DNA of 64,000 nucleotides from Elsinoe ampelina (Eukaryota): NCBI GenBank assembly GCA_010093995.1, contig ML992505.1, positions 535,433 to 599,432 of the forward strand, read 5' to 3'. Shown piece by piece: positions 38,472 to 50,083 of this stretch (position 1 is its first letter; each line of letters starts with the position of its first letter). The notes under the pieces were generated by a model. It saw only the letters and a program-made list of their open reading frames with translations, ran no database searches and was not told where the DNA came from. The position numbers and the translations under genes were made by a program.

Positions 38472-39063
38472 TTTTTAATTCAGGCCAAGTGCCTTTTCTT
38501 GAGTTTGAGGATGATTGGTAGCTCAGGAAAAGGACAACAGAGTCCCACTCCTTGAGGTGAAGTGTAATTTCCAAAATATGTGAGTTCGAAAGAGGAGTGG
38601 TGAATGATCAGGTGAAGTGGATGGAGGACCGACCGGAAGGATCCTTGGATGGTGGGGCACAAGCAATCAGGCAACACGCCGGTCCGAGCTCCAATCGTTC
38701 CCGCTCTCGCAGATCTGCAACCTCCGACATTCCGACATGTGAAGTGAGGACTCATTTTCCAACACTACAAAATCAGTCACCGCATATACCCCTCATCCCA
38801 CCACCCGAGCACTCGATAACATAACAACACTCTTCAAATTCCACTCGCTTCCACGACTTCAAATTACATTGATTCGCAAAAGGCGATCTATCGAGCTTCC
38901 CTGTGGGAGACGCAAATTCTGCGACTGCAGGCCCTCACTGCGAAGCGGCAAATCTTCACCTCGCCATCTACAATTCACTGGTCCCTGCTTCAACGACCAC
39001 GAACCCACCATCATCGAGCATGTGTGATCACCGGTGACAACCCTGAACAAATCCGCTGGCATC

Positions 39064-42000
39064 ATGTCTGCCACGGAGTACCTCATCAAGGAGCAGGTGC
39101 AAGACACCGTCCCGAAACGCATCAAGGAGCTTCAATTTGGCGTCCTCTCACATCAGGATATCGTTCGGCAGTCAGTGGTCGAAGTCTCAGATCGAAATGT
39201 CTACGACCTTCCAACAAACCAGCAGTCTGCCAGGCAGGTCACCAAACATGGAGTCCTGGATCCTCATATGGGAACGTCTGATAAGAAAGGTACCTGCGTA
39301 CAATGCCAGATGAGTCTGATTGAGTGCAATGGTCATTTTGGTCACGTCAAGCTTGCTCTACCTGCGTTCCACATTGGCTACTTCAAGAAGATGATCGAAG
39401 TTTTGCAAATCACGTGCAAGGATTGTTCAAGGTTATTACTGGATGAAAACGCCAAGCGGAAGCATCTGAAAGCTGTGAGAAACCCTGCACTCGACAGCCT
39501 TCGCAAGGAAGCAGTCTGCAGAAAGATCTCCGACGAGGCGAAGAAGACTAAAGTCTGCCCCTACTGCGGCTCCATCAACGGAGCTGTGCGCAAAGTCCCC
39601 AATCATCCGATCAAAGTCATCCACATCAAGTACCATGCATACAACACATCAAGCGCTAAGAGTAAGGTCAAGCCTGATTCCATGGTTGCATGGGAAAAAT
39701 CTTTCGAGGAGGCCAAGACGGCTTCGCCTGACCTGGAAAAACATGTCAAACGTGCGGTGGAAGACATGTCTCCTTTACGAGCATTGAATATCTTCCAACG
39801 AATGCCTTCGACTGATGTGGAACTCCTTGGTATGGACCCCCACAACGGCCGACCGGAGACTTTCATCTGGCAATACGTACCTGCGCCACCAGTAGCTATT
39901 CGACCCTCAGTCACACAGGAAGCTACGAGCACCGAAGACGACATTACGAACAAGCTCGGCGATATTGTCCACACCAATCAGCTTCTTGGTGCGTCGATTA
40001 AAGGAGGACAGCCAGTCCATAAGATCGCCGATCTCTGGGAATTCTTGCAGGTCCAGATTGCCATGTACATCGACGGCAATTTACCTGGGCTTGGTCGAGA
40101 TTCCAGCTTCGGCAAGCCACTGCGAGGCTTCAATCAACGTCTGAAGGGTAAACAAGGTCGATTCCGAGGCAACCTGTCTGGCAAACGTGTCGACTTTTCC
40201 GGACGTACTGTCATCTCACCAGATCCCAATCTGAGCGTGGAAGAAGTGGCAGTACCTCAACGAGTGGCAGTGAACATGACTTATCCTGAAAAGGTCACCA
40301 GATACAATATCGAGAAGCTCAGAGGTCGTATACGAAACGGAAAGAAGCATCCAGGAGCAAAGGCTGTCAAAAAGAAGTATGGCAACATCATTCGATGTGA
40401 TTTTTCAAATGCGAAGCTCAACAACAGGACTGCTGATCTGCTCGAGATCGGCGATGTGGTCGACCGGCATCTGGAAGATGGAGACATTGTTCTCTTCAAT
40501 CGGCAGCCTTCATTGCACAAGCTGAGTATTCTCAGTCACAAGGTCAAAGTTCGACCATGGAGGACCTTCAGATTGAACGAGTGTGTTTGCAATCCGTACA
40601 ACGCCGATTTCGATGGTGACGAGATGAATCTCCACGTCCCTCAGACTGAAGAAGCGAGGACCGAAGCCATTCAGCTGATGGGTGTCAAGCACAATCTTGC
40701 AACGCCCAAGAATGGTACTCCCATCATCGCCGCCATCCAGGACTTTATCAGTTGCGCATTCCTCTCGTCAAGCAAGGACAACTTTTTTGACCGAAAAACT
40801 TTCAGCACCATTTGCAGCTGGATGTTTGACGGAGAGGCTGTAAAGGACCCTTCTACCGGAGAGCGCATGTCTGTGGAACTTCCACCTCCTACCATCTGGA
40901 AGCCGAGGATGCTTTGGACTGGCAAGCAACTATGGAACGTCTTGATACAGCCCAATCCGAAGATGAACGTGCTGATCAATCTCGATGCCAAGTGCAAATT
41001 CTACTCGGCGCCAGATCCCAAGTATGCTCCGGACATGAACGATGATGATGCCTACTTAGTCATCCGAAACTCAATTGTCATGTGCGGTTACATGGACAAG
41101 GCTACTGTGGGTGACGGCAAGAAGGACTCGGTCTTCTACATTCTCATGCGAGACTACGGTCCAGACTACGCTGTCGCTGCCATGAACAGGCTGTCAAAGC
41201 TGTCGTCAAGATGGCTCACCAACCAAGGCTTCTCTATTGGCATTGGTGACGTTCATCCAAGTCGGACACTGACAGAAAAGAAACTCGAACTCGTCAGAGT
41301 TGCGGAAGACCGGACGACACAGCTTATAGAGAAATTCGACAAAGGTCTACTTGAACGAGATGCTGGGTGCGACCTCGAGATGACGCTAGAAAATCAAATC
41401 TCTGGTATACTGAGCGATGTCAGACAGGCTGCTGGTAAGGAATGTTTTGCCGAGCTCAGCAAGAAGAACGCACCTCTGATCATGGCAAAATGTGGTTCCA
41501 AAGGTTCCAACTTGAATGTGTCTCAAATGATTGCGGTCGTCGGACAACAGATTATTGGAGGAAAACGTGTACTCAACGGATTCCAGGATCGGACACTGCC
41601 GCATTTCATGAAGAATAGCAAAGAGGCATCAGCAAAAGGTTTCATCGGCAATAGTTTCTTTACCGGCTTGTTGCCCAGCGAGTTCATCTTCCACGCCATG
41701 TCTGGTCGTGAAGGTCTGGTTGATACTGCTGTTAAGACGGCCGAGACTGGATACATGTCTAGACGTCTGATGAAGTCACTCGAAGATCTATCAGCGCAGT
41801 ACGACTTCACCGTCCGAAATTCGTCTTCACAGATCGTCCAGTTCCAGTACGGAGACGACAAGCTTGATCCAGTAGACATGGAGGGCAGTGCCAAGCCAGT
41901 CAACTTTGATCGTTCATTCACGCACGCTGTGTCGACAACTTGGAGCAATGAAGAACCTGGTTTGAGACCGGAAGAGATCAGGAAAGTCGTCGCAGACTTC

Positions 42001-43512
42001 ATGCTACCACAAAGAGCGAAACTGGTGCGACTCTCCTTGCTCGATGAGAAGCTGGAGTACGATGACAAGACTGACCACGGTGTGGATCAGCTGGAAAGTG
42101 CTCGGGACTTCTTGACTGAGGTTGAAGACTTCATGTCTAAAAAGGCCGACAAGCTTGCCGGAATACGAGCAAGCAAGGACATGAGCAGAGGTGATCATGG
42201 GGTTTCCAATAAAAAGGCCAAGCAGGAAGAAGGTGCTCGTCAGAAGGGTCTGGTCGACGGCATGCTCAAAGTTTCTGCGAAGGCTCTGGACGAGTTCCTG
42301 CGTCTCTGCGTCACGAAATATCAACGCTCTCAGGTTGAGCCTGGTCATGCTGTCGGAGCCGTTGGTGCTCACTCCATCGGTGAACCAGGAACACAGATGA
42401 CTCTGAAGACTTTCCATTTTGCTGGTGTCGCTGGTATGAGTATCACACAGGGTGTGCCGCGTATCAAGGAGATCATCAATGCTTCGAAATCGATCAGTAC
42501 GCCCGTCATTTCCTGCACCCTTGATTCCCAGTATGAGGTTGTGGCTGGGCGCATGGCCAAGGCAATGATCGAAAAGACGTACCTTCGAGACATCATCGAC
42601 TTTGTGGCCGACAGATGGCAGGCGGCCGATGCTTGTATCGTCCTGCGAATCAATTGGGAGACGGTCAATAAGCTAGGCCTTCGTGTCACTATCAGAGACA
42701 TCGGGACAGCAATCCAGAAGAGCAAGCTTATGAAAGGCTTCAATATTCATGTCTCGCCGAGAGGAAACCGCCATCTCAAAGTCAACGTCAGCCCGCCAGA
42801 TGAGAAGAAGGCTGCCCGTGCAAGGACCGCGAAAAAGGCTCGAGATCCGGAGGACATCTTTGGCATCATGCAGGACTTGCGCCGCACCATCCCCAACGTC
42901 GTCATCAAAGGATACCCTGAAGCTCAACGTGCCGTTGTCAAGAAGGATGACAAGCAAGATGCATTGGGGAGGGAGCTCGTGACTGTCCTTGTGGAGGGCT
43001 ATGGGCTGAAGGCTTGCATGACCACCGAGGGTGTTAACGGACACAAAACGCGGACCAACAGTGTGATGGAGTGCAAAGAGGTGCTGGGGATCGAAGCGGC
43101 CAGGAAAACCATCATTGATGAGATTAGCAGTGTCATGGGTGGTATGGACATCGATCCTCGACACATGCAGCTACTGGCCGATGTCATGACCTACAAGGGT
43201 GATGTCTTGGGTATCACCCGATTTGGTCTGGCGAAGATGAGGGATTCGGTGTTGCAGTTGGCCTCTTTCGAGAAGACACCGGACCATCTGTTTGCAGCGG
43301 CGGTAGGAATGAAGAAGGACAAGATCGAGGGCGTCAGTGAATGCATCATCATGGGGCAAAGCATGGGTATCGGAACTGGAGCGATGAGAGTGGTGAGGAG
43401 TTTGGGCATTGAGGATCATGAGGTGCCGGACAAGAAGAGTTCTTTCGAGGATGCATGGGCGAAGCTGAAGGGAAGGAGGGACAAGAAGGGTAAGATGAAC
43501 GGCACCAAGTAG
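39064..43512 (+). CDS. RPC1: DNA-directed RNA polymerase III largest subunit
   Basis: CNGHFGH Zn site, QRLKGKQGRFRGNLSGKRVDFSGRTVI, YNADFDGDEMN active site, GEPGTQMTLKTFHFAG, LASFEKT; no CTD heptads; intronless. Confidence 0.97.
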   Translation: MSATEYLIKEQVQDTVPKRIKELQFGVLSHQDIVRQSVVEVSDRNVYDLPTNQQSARQVTKHGVLDPHMGTSDKKGTCVQCQMSLIECNGHFGHVKLALPAFHIGYFKKMIEVLQITCKDCSRLLLDENAKRKHLKAVRNPALDSLRKEAVCRKISDEAKKTKVCPYCGSINGAVRKVPNHPIKVIHIKYHAYNTSSAKSKVKPDSMVAWEKSFEEAKTASPDLEKHVKRAVEDMSPLRALNIFQRMPSTDVELLGMDPHNGRPETFIWQYVPAPPVAIRPSVTQEATSTEDDITNKLGDIVHTNQLLGASIKGGQPVHKIADLWEFLQVQIAMYIDGNLPGLGRDSSFGKPLRGFNQRLKGKQGRFRGNLSGKRVDFSGRTVISPDPNLSVEEVAVPQRVAVNMTYPEKVTRYNIEKLRGRIRNGKKHPGAKAVKKKYGNIIRCDFSNAKLNNRTADLLEIGDVVDRHLEDGDIVLFNRQPSLHKLSILSHKVKVRPWRTFRLNECVCNPYNADFDGDEMNLHVPQTEEARTEAIQLMGVKHNLATPKNGTPIIAAIQDFISCAFLSSSKDNFFDRKTFSTICSWMFDGEAVKDPSTGERMSVELPPPTIWKPRMLWTGKQLWNVLIQPNPKMNVLINLDAKCKFYSAPDPKYAPDMNDDDAYLVIRNSIVMCGYMDKATVGDGKKDSVFYILMRDYGPDYAVAAMNRLSKLSSRWLTNQGFSIGIGDVHPSRTLTEKKLELVRVAEDRTTQLIEKFDKGLLERDAGCDLEMTLENQISGILSDVRQAAGKECFAELSKKNAPLIMAKCGSKGSNLNVSQMIAVVGQQIIGGKRVLNGFQDRTLPHFMKNSKEASAKGFIGNSFFTGLLPSEFIFHAMSGREGLVDTAVKTAETGYMSRRLMKSLEDLSAQYDFTVRNSSSQIVQFQYGDDKLDPVDMEGSAKPVNFDRSFTHAVSTTWSNEEPGLRPEEIRKVVADFMLPQRAKLVRLSLLDEKLEYDDKTDHGVDQLESARDFLTEVEDFMSKKADKLAGIRASKDMSRGDHGVSNKKAKQEEGARQKGLVDGMLKVSAKALDEFLRLCVTKYQRSQVEPGHAVGAVGAHSIGEPGTQMTLKTFHFAGVAGMSITQGVPRIKEIINASKSISTPVISCTLDSQYEVVAGRMAKAMIEKTYLRDIIDFVADRWQAADACIVLRINWETVNKLGLRVTIRDIGTAIQKSKLMKGFNIHVSPRGNRHLKVNVSPPDEKKAARARTAKKARDPEDIFGIMQDLRRTIPNVVIKGYPEAQRAVVKKDDKQDALGRELVTVLVEGYGLKACMTTEGVNGHKTRTNSVMECKEVLGIEAARKTIIDEISSVMGGMDIDPRHMQLLADVMTYKGDVLGITRFGLAKMRDSVLQLASFEKTPDHLFAAAVGMKKDKIEGVSECIIMGQSMGIGTGAMRVVRSLGIEDHEVPDKKSSFEDAWAKLKGRRDKKGKMNGTK

Positions 43513-43564
43513 GCGAGGAAAAATTGTCATGAGGAATGACACCTGAATGCATCCAAATGCTCAA

Positions 43565-43794
43565 GCGCGTCATTTGCGTGCATCGGATTTATCGGCGTTT
43601 GCAGACCTCTCCGCGTCGCGAAATTGAACGCGTCTTCCCGCTCCTCCCACTTCTTGATCTTGAACCTCGTCTCTGCAGTGCAAGCCACGACTTCAGGATT
43701 ATTACTGCCTCTGCTCACAGGCGGTCAACTCGTTTGTCTACCGCTCTGAATCACAACATGGAATCACAACCTTGAAGGTCTAATTAGCACGCGT
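43565..43794 (+). promoter_or_regulatory. Cluster of MCB/SCB-like G1/S elements upstream of MRC1
   Basis: ACGCGT at 43628-43633 and 43789-43794, CGCGAAA at 43617-43623, GCGCGT at 43565 and CCGCGT at 43611. Confidence 0.55.
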
Positions 43795-43903
43795 TCCTGC
43801 TAACCCGCAAAATTGCTCACCTCTCCACGGTCACGACCACGCTCGAAATCTTGAGAAATCTTGAGAGTGCGACGCACCAACAAGCAGCTCTGGAGTCTCG
43901 CAA

Positions 43904-46900
43904 ATGCCGTCGCTAGACTCTGACATGGACGACCAGTCGCCCGTGCGGCCCATCGGACGCATAGCTTCTAGGATGGTGGGAAGTCCGACGCGTTCAGAAG
44001 ATTCGGAGCCGGAGTTCCGACATAGCCCAGTACGAATTGGCAAGAGGATTTTTCAAGAGAGCGACGAAGAAGAGGAGCAGGAAGCGGACGATGCTGCGGA
44101 CATCTACGCTGCCATGAAGGCGAAGTTGATGGGACAGAAACCAGTTGTGGAGGAAAAGGCTCAGAAGCAGGTCACCACACTACGCTCGCCAAAGAGCAGT
44201 GCTGCCGAGTCGTCAAGTAGACCCTCATCCCCAGCACCAAAGTCGAGCGCTCCACAGTCGCTCAGTCCTACCACATCGGACAATGGTTCGCACGCATCTG
44301 GATCCGATTCTGACGCGCCCGTGGTCAGCAAGAAGAGGTCGCGAAACGCTGTCTTCCTAAGCGACAGCGAATCAGAGAAGGATGGTCCTACAGCGAGTGA
44401 CTCGAATGCACCTGCTCCTCCGGCTGGAAACAGGTTCAAGCAGCTCTTAGCACAGAAGCGCGCAGAAAGAGAGAAGCTAGAAGAGCAAGAGAGGATTGAG
44501 GCAGAACAGAGGGCTCAGCAAGAGAAGGAGAAGACGGCACAGTTCAACTTGAGCGATCTCTTCGACGATGACGAGGTGACACGGGATCAAGACGCCGCTG
44601 AAGAAGACTCAACCATAGACGACAAACTCACTCAACAAGCCCGACCCACGCGCAAAGCGAGCAGGAAGGCCATTGAAGATATGAACAAGGAGACACAAAG
44701 GATGAGTCGGAACATGCAACTCACGCATCAGGCAAAGGTCAAGAAGAAGTTCTCGATTGCTGATTTCGCCGCCAAGTTCAAGAAGCAATCTATACCGCCT
44801 CCGGCATGCGCACAGTCCTCCGCCGCCCCTTCTTCTGACGTGGAGAAGGATAAGGATGTTGAAACTCCCCCTTCGAGCCCGCCTAGTGAGGGCGTAGCTC
44901 CAGATCTGGGTAAGACCATCTTTGCAGTCAGATCTGCCACTGCATTGGATGGAGGGGGTGAGGATGAGCCTGACTTGCCGAGACTCGAGGAGATCCTATC
45001 GCAGTCTCTCCTGGGAAAGGGCAAGGGCAAAGCCTCAGCCTCTAATCCAATCGAGCCATCAAATCCGCCAGCGGCGGAAGCACCCACAAAGCCACCCAAG
45101 AAGCGACTTTCACCCAAGAAATACCGCATCCACAACCTCGCTCCTCGCTCCTCTTCCCCGATTGGAGGCGACTCTGATGACGACCTCGAAATTATCAAAG
45201 ACCGACTTGCTGTCTTCTCCAAGATCGTCCCCAAGAAAGCAAATGAGTCTGCAGCCGTCCATCACCTCCGTGTCCTTGCGGGGTTGAACGGTCAAGAATC
45301 AGCTCCCTCTCGGAAAGGCAAGAAGAACATCCGGCCTTCCATGACCAGTGGACAGCTGGATGTGCAGCTTCGCAGGAGAGCGGCGTTACAAGTCAAGCAG
45401 GAGAGGGAAGAGAAGATTGCTGAGCTGCGTGCTAAGGGTATTATCGTCCAGACGGCAGAGGAGAGGGAGAGGGATATGATGGAGATCGAGGACCTGTTGG
45501 AAAAGGCGAGGAGAGAGGCGGAGGAGTTGAAGAAGAAAGAGAAAGAGGAGCGGAAGGAGGAAGGCGGAGAGGTAAGTGATGATGAGAGTGATGAGGAATG
45601 GATGGAGGGCAAGGAGGAAGAGGAAGCTGCCAGTGGCGAAGAGGACAATGACGAGGAGGAGGACTTGGAGGCCAGTGGTAGTGAAGAAGAGGATGAAGAT
45701 GAGGATGAGGAGGAAGTTGAAGAGGTGCAGAAGAATGCCCTAGTCGATGACGTGGCAGACGAAGCCGACGATGAGAGTGAAGAAGACGCAGGTGAGAGGC
45801 GCAAAGACTACGACGACGCAGAGATGGACGACTCTCTTTCAGGAGCAGACTTCGACCGTGCGCCAAAGCCGAGAGCCGCTCGCAAGAAATTCATCGTTGA
45901 CGACGACGAAGACGACGAGGTGACTGAGGCAGTAGTCGCATCTTCACAGCCTCCCCAAGATGAGAGCCCAGCACAGAGCGATGATCTCGCAGCTGCTTTT
46001 GGCTTTGTAGCAGCACCTAGAGCGCTTATGAGCCCCTCTCAGATGTTCGCTGGAACTATGGCGGCGTCTCAATCTCAGCTCGATCGGCCTTTCAACAATC
46101 AGTCTCAGGAACAGGACTCGATGGACATTTTCAACGCCATGGTACCTTCGATGCCGACACCAGAAATGCCCCGAGATGACACTCAAGCCACTGTCTACGA
46201 CGAGAGGATGATTCATGATTCTCTACCTGATACGCAAACACCCAGGGTACAACTGGACCTCACCCAGGGCAACACTCAGTCGCCCGCGATATCTCGTCTT
46301 TCGCAAATGTCTGCTTGGCCAAGTCCTTCTCAGGATGTTGGTTTCGGCTACAGAGAGTCGCCCCTCGCCCATGCAGCTCGACCTCCTCAGTCGACCATCG
46401 ACACAGTCCTGCTTTCTGTGCCCGAGTCGCCTGTTCAACCCCGCCGCGGCCGTCTACAGCGTCGGGCTATTGCTGATGAGGAGTCTGTCAACGGCGAAGA
46501 TGACAGTCCCGCTCCAGCGACAATGCCAGCCCCAGAAGCCAAGAAGACCACCGCTTTCGATGTCATGAAGCGCGCCGCCACCAAGCCTGTTATTGATTTC
46601 GACAAGAAGAAGAGCGGCGCCAAAGAAATGATTGACGAACAAGCTTCGGAATCAGACGACGAGTACGCGGGTCTAGGAGGTGCCTCGGACGATGACGCCG
46701 ATGGCTCTGGCGATGAAGCAGACAAGGCCATGATTGACACTTCTGACATCAAGGTTGATGAGCGGAAATTGGCAGCCTACTACGCGGAGAAGAGCCGAGC
46801 AGAGAACGAAGCTCAGACAAGCAGGCTGTACAAGGACCTGATGTCTGGCGCGCTACGCAGAAGAGGCGATGCATTCGACCTTGACAGCGATGAAGATGAG

Positions 46901-47869
46901 CAAATCGCTGAAAGGCGAAGGCGGAAACAGAGAGAGGAGGCGAGGAAGCGAAGACTGCTGCTTGGTGACGAAAAGCTGGGCAAGCTAGGTGAGAGTGGCA
47001 AGAAGGAAGCTTTCCTCCGAGCCATCGAAGACAGAGACGAAGAAGACGGCGACGTGGACATGCTCGATGGCAGAGACCCCGACGCCTCCTTTTCTGGCGA
47101 AGCAGACACCGCCAGCCAGGATCCGTCCACCCAGCCTCCCTCACAGGATACCCTGCAACCCGTCTCCGGCAACGCACTCAAGCGCAAAGCCGACGACCAG
47201 ATCCGCGAAGTCTTCAAGCGCCCTGCCTTCTCCGCCCGCCGAACCACCAACGCCGCCTTCACCAAACCCAGCAACCTCGCCGAAGTGCGCGAGACCGTCT
47301 CCTTCCTCGTCGACGAGCCACACGGCGAAGAACGACCCGTCGATCTCTCCGACGACGAAGAAGGCCCTGCTCCTGACACCAACGACGACGTCACGCCGGC
47401 AGAACCCCATCCTCGCGCCCCTTTCTCCGCCCGCCGCACCCCCGCCAAACCAGCCGTCGTCAATCGCCTTCTCTCCCGCCAGTCCTCCTCCTCTTCCTCC
47501 TCCGCCTCCACTGCAACAGACCAAGCCGGGGCCGGGATGGCCTTCCTTCGCACGTCCACCTCCTCTTTCAGCGGGTTCAAGGTCCCCTCTTTGCTTCGTC
47601 GGGCAACGACATCCACTTCCACGACCGCGGGAGGGAGAGGGAGTATGGGTCCACCGGCGCTGAAGAAGGATGCTAGTACGGGGAGTGCGGGGACGGGGAG
47701 GAAGCAGGGGAGCGGGAAGAGTAGTATCAATTACGCCGCGCGGGAGGCGGAGAGGAGGGCGGTGGTTGAAGGGGTGGAGAGGAGGAGGAGGGAGGATGTG
47801 AGGCGGATTGCGGGGATGAGGAAGGTGGGAGGGACAGGGGGGAGGGGGTTTGGAGGGGGATTCGAGTAA
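43904..47869 (+). CDS. MRC1: MRC1/claspin-like replication checkpoint mediator
   Basis: 1321-aa acidic protein with RPTRKASRKAIEDMNKETQRMSRNMQL and an MRC1-like domain EMIDEQASESDDEYAGLGG...RLYKDLMSGALRRR. Confidence 0.85.
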   Translation: MPSLDSDMDDQSPVRPIGRIASRMVGSPTRSEDSEPEFRHSPVRIGKRIFQESDEEEEQEADDAADIYAAMKAKLMGQKPVVEEKAQKQVTTLRSPKSSAAESSSRPSSPAPKSSAPQSLSPTTSDNGSHASGSDSDAPVVSKKRSRNAVFLSDSESEKDGPTASDSNAPAPPAGNRFKQLLAQKRAEREKLEEQERIEAEQRAQQEKEKTAQFNLSDLFDDDEVTRDQDAAEEDSTIDDKLTQQARPTRKASRKAIEDMNKETQRMSRNMQLTHQAKVKKKFSIADFAAKFKKQSIPPPACAQSSAAPSSDVEKDKDVETPPSSPPSEGVAPDLGKTIFAVRSATALDGGGEDEPDLPRLEEILSQSLLGKGKGKASASNPIEPSNPPAAEAPTKPPKKRLSPKKYRIHNLAPRSSSPIGGDSDDDLEIIKDRLAVFSKIVPKKANESAAVHHLRVLAGLNGQESAPSRKGKKNIRPSMTSGQLDVQLRRRAALQVKQEREEKIAELRAKGIIVQTAEERERDMMEIEDLLEKARREAEELKKKEKEERKEEGGEVSDDESDEEWMEGKEEEEAASGEEDNDEEEDLEASGSEEEDEDEDEEEVEEVQKNALVDDVADEADDESEEDAGERRKDYDDAEMDDSLSGADFDRAPKPRAARKKFIVDDDEDDEVTEAVVASSQPPQDESPAQSDDLAAAFGFVAAPRALMSPSQMFAGTMAASQSQLDRPFNNQSQEQDSMDIFNAMVPSMPTPEMPRDDTQATVYDERMIHDSLPDTQTPRVQLDLTQGNTQSPAISRLSQMSAWPSPSQDVGFGYRESPLAHAARPPQSTIDTVLLSVPESPVQPRRGRLQRRAIADEESVNGEDDSPAPATMPAPEAKKTTAFDVMKRAATKPVIDFDKKKSGAKEMIDEQASESDDEYAGLGGASDDDADGSGDEADKAMIDTSDIKVDERKLAAYYAEKSRAENEAQTSRLYKDLMSGALRRRGDAFDLDSDEDEQIAERRRRKQREEARKRRLLLGDEKLGKLGESGKKEAFLRAIEDRDEEDGDVDMLDGRDPDASFSGEADTASQDPSTQPPSQDTLQPVSGNALKRKADDQIREVFKRPAFSARRTTNAAFTKPSNLAEVRETVSFLVDEPHGEERPVDLSDDEEGPAPDTNDDVTPAEPHPRAPFSARRTPAKPAVVNRLLSRQSSSSSSSASTATDQAGAGMAFLRTSTSSFSGFKVPSLLRRATTSTSTTAGGRGSMGPPALKKDASTGSAGTGRKQGSGKSSINYAAREAERRAVVEGVERRRREDVRRIAGMRKVGGTGGRGFGGGFE

Positions 47870-47942
47870 GGGTCTAGGTAGCGGAGCATAGCGAAATGGA
47901 ATTTGGATTTGGACTGGCTTGAATGGGTTGGATTGAGAGTGC

Positions 47943-49286
47943 TTAGTAGGTTTCCAATGCATTGCTGGAGGGGGTGTAGGTGTCGCTCGGTCCCATCTCG
48001 TTTGTGGTGAGATAGCCGCCTGTTCCTGGCGGGTTGGTCGTTTGCTGCTCTTGCGAGGACTCGCTGTAGTAGTCCTGCTCCGTCTGCTGCCCTCCTGACT
48101 CCGTATGCATCTGCATGGTCTCTTGCCGCTGCGGCGGTGGCAGCTGCTGTTCCTCAGCGCCTGTTGTCGGCGGCGACTGGTCTGCCCCCTGCTTCGACTG
48201 CTCTGTTGGTGCCGTCCTTCCACCTGTCTCTGGCTGCGGCTTCGCGTTGCTCCCTACAGGCTGACTCTGAGTGGGAGCGGCAGCACCGGGGCTCTTGGCT
48301 AGTTGATCGCCCTCTTTGAGATCTAACGTCTTGTCTGTAGCAGTAGTGGTGTCAGCCGCTGTCGGTTGAGGATGGCTTGGGTCGTTGTCGTTAGCTGGCG
48401 TAACGTCCTTGGGAGGCGGTTCCTCAGGCGGAAGGTCCTTGCACTTGTCTTCTGAGACGACACATCCTGCGCTGTGACTCGTTAGCTTCGACTGATACAC
48501 TTCTTGTTGTGGTGATGCTCACCCTTCAGCAATCTTGCTCGAAGCCACGCTCAACGGATCAAACCACTTATCCCCCTGCGCCAGCACAGCAGCCACCTCC
48601 GGATCATTATCCGGGTTACACATATCCCCAAACCAACTCGTCATGCCCACCACCGAATCACCGTTCTGCACAAACGTCTTGGCCGCCTTGACTACGGTCG
48701 CCACGCCCTTGACCGCAACACCACCAGGCAGCACTACAGACGCCAGATCAGCGACCATACTCAGCGCCTGCGTCGTCACTTGACAAAGGATATTGTCCAA
48801 CATCGGCAATGCCTTGAGGACTTCCTCGGCGATGATCTTCGCAATAGCAGGGGCACTGCACTCGCATTTCCCCATCTTGAACATACTCCCGTCGGGCGCT
48901 TTCGAGAGGGCAGCGTTGCCAGTGGTGTCGCCCATACAGGACACGCCTGCCGCGCCGAGCTTACCTACTGGCTTGTCGTCTTGTCGTTTGCGTCGTCGGC
49001 GGAGGTTGCAGGCGCGACCGCAGTCGGTGATGGCTCGTTCGGCTTCGGGTTTTTTGCAGTAGACGTTGCAGGTTTCGAGGCTGCGGCCGAGCCAGGATTT
49101 GGTTTGGAAGTCTCGGCAGAGACCGACTTTTTCGAATTGGGTGGTTTCTTGGTCGTAAGTGGTTTGGTCTTGGGCTTTGTTCTTGTCGTCAGCGCGTTTT
49201 TGGAAGAGTTGGTTGGGGTGCGGGTTGGCGAGGGTGGTGGTGAGGAGTAGTAAGCCAATTGCTAGGGTGAGGGTGAATCGCTTCAT
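47943..49286 (-). CDS. Secreted Cys-rich protein with Kex2 sites and Q/T/P-rich tail (2 exons)
   Basis: Signal peptide MKRFTLTLAIGLLLLTTTLA, KR sites (LFQKR, RRRRKR), about 12 Cys; intron 48472-48522 joins the two ORFs in frame. Confidence 0.8.
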
Positions 49287-50083
49287 GTTGAGCTTCTCAT
49301 ACGGAGTGAATCACATTGGTCAAGCAGGCATGGTATTGGCAAAAGATGGAGAGTACAGACCTGTGCTTTGTAGCTCTTTCAGTAGCCAAGAAAAGATGCA
49401 AATTGACACGCAGCATTGATACATATGCATAAAGGCATGCCCCAGGATCGAGCTGAAGTAAGGCGGCGAGGAGGTCTTCAAGTATTTTCGATAAGGGCGA
49501 GACAGAACACCACATGAGTGAGTCCAGGCATTCATGAGTGTTCACATAAGATTCCAGGTGGTCTTTGATCTCCACTTGGGATGTAGCGCATTTCTTGATA
49601 GCAGCAGGGCCTTTTTGCAGGTGTTTCGTTAGGGACCGAGCGAGGTGGCAAGGCTGGCCCGTCAAGAGCTGGTGGAGGAGCCCACGGTCGGGCGAACAGG
49701 TGTTCCGTGGGCCTGAATCTTGTCGCGATGCATACAATAGGTCCCGTGGAGAATTGCAATGGCCTTGATCCAGATATAGCGATCTCTGCATGTTCGGCGT
49801 GCTGCGTTTTCGGTATGCAAAACCAGGCCGCAGCTCCGCTAATTATTCGTGCTGTTTCGTCCAAAAACTCCTGTGGTAAGAAGGTAGGTCTTCACCCCCT
49901 ACGTTAATCGGTACAATTATGCCAATATGCTAGTGTGACGGTACGAGAGTATCATTGTACAGTCGTCGTGAGGGTGGCGACGACAAAGAGCAAGCGAAAG
50001 TTGATGAAGCACGTCGATATCGGGCCGACATCGCTTCTTGGATGGCGGCTCTGTCACACCACGTCTCCCAATTTCATGTCATA

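Noticed and set aside
39064..43512. Possible RPB1 or RPA1 identity
   Set aside because: No CTD heptads, and motif variants (LKGKQGRFRGNLSGKRVDFSGR, LASFEKT) match Pol III.
46813..48223. Long minus-strand ORFs (305 and 360 aa) overlapping MRC1
   Set aside because: Antisense, stop-poor frames caused by local G/C skew.
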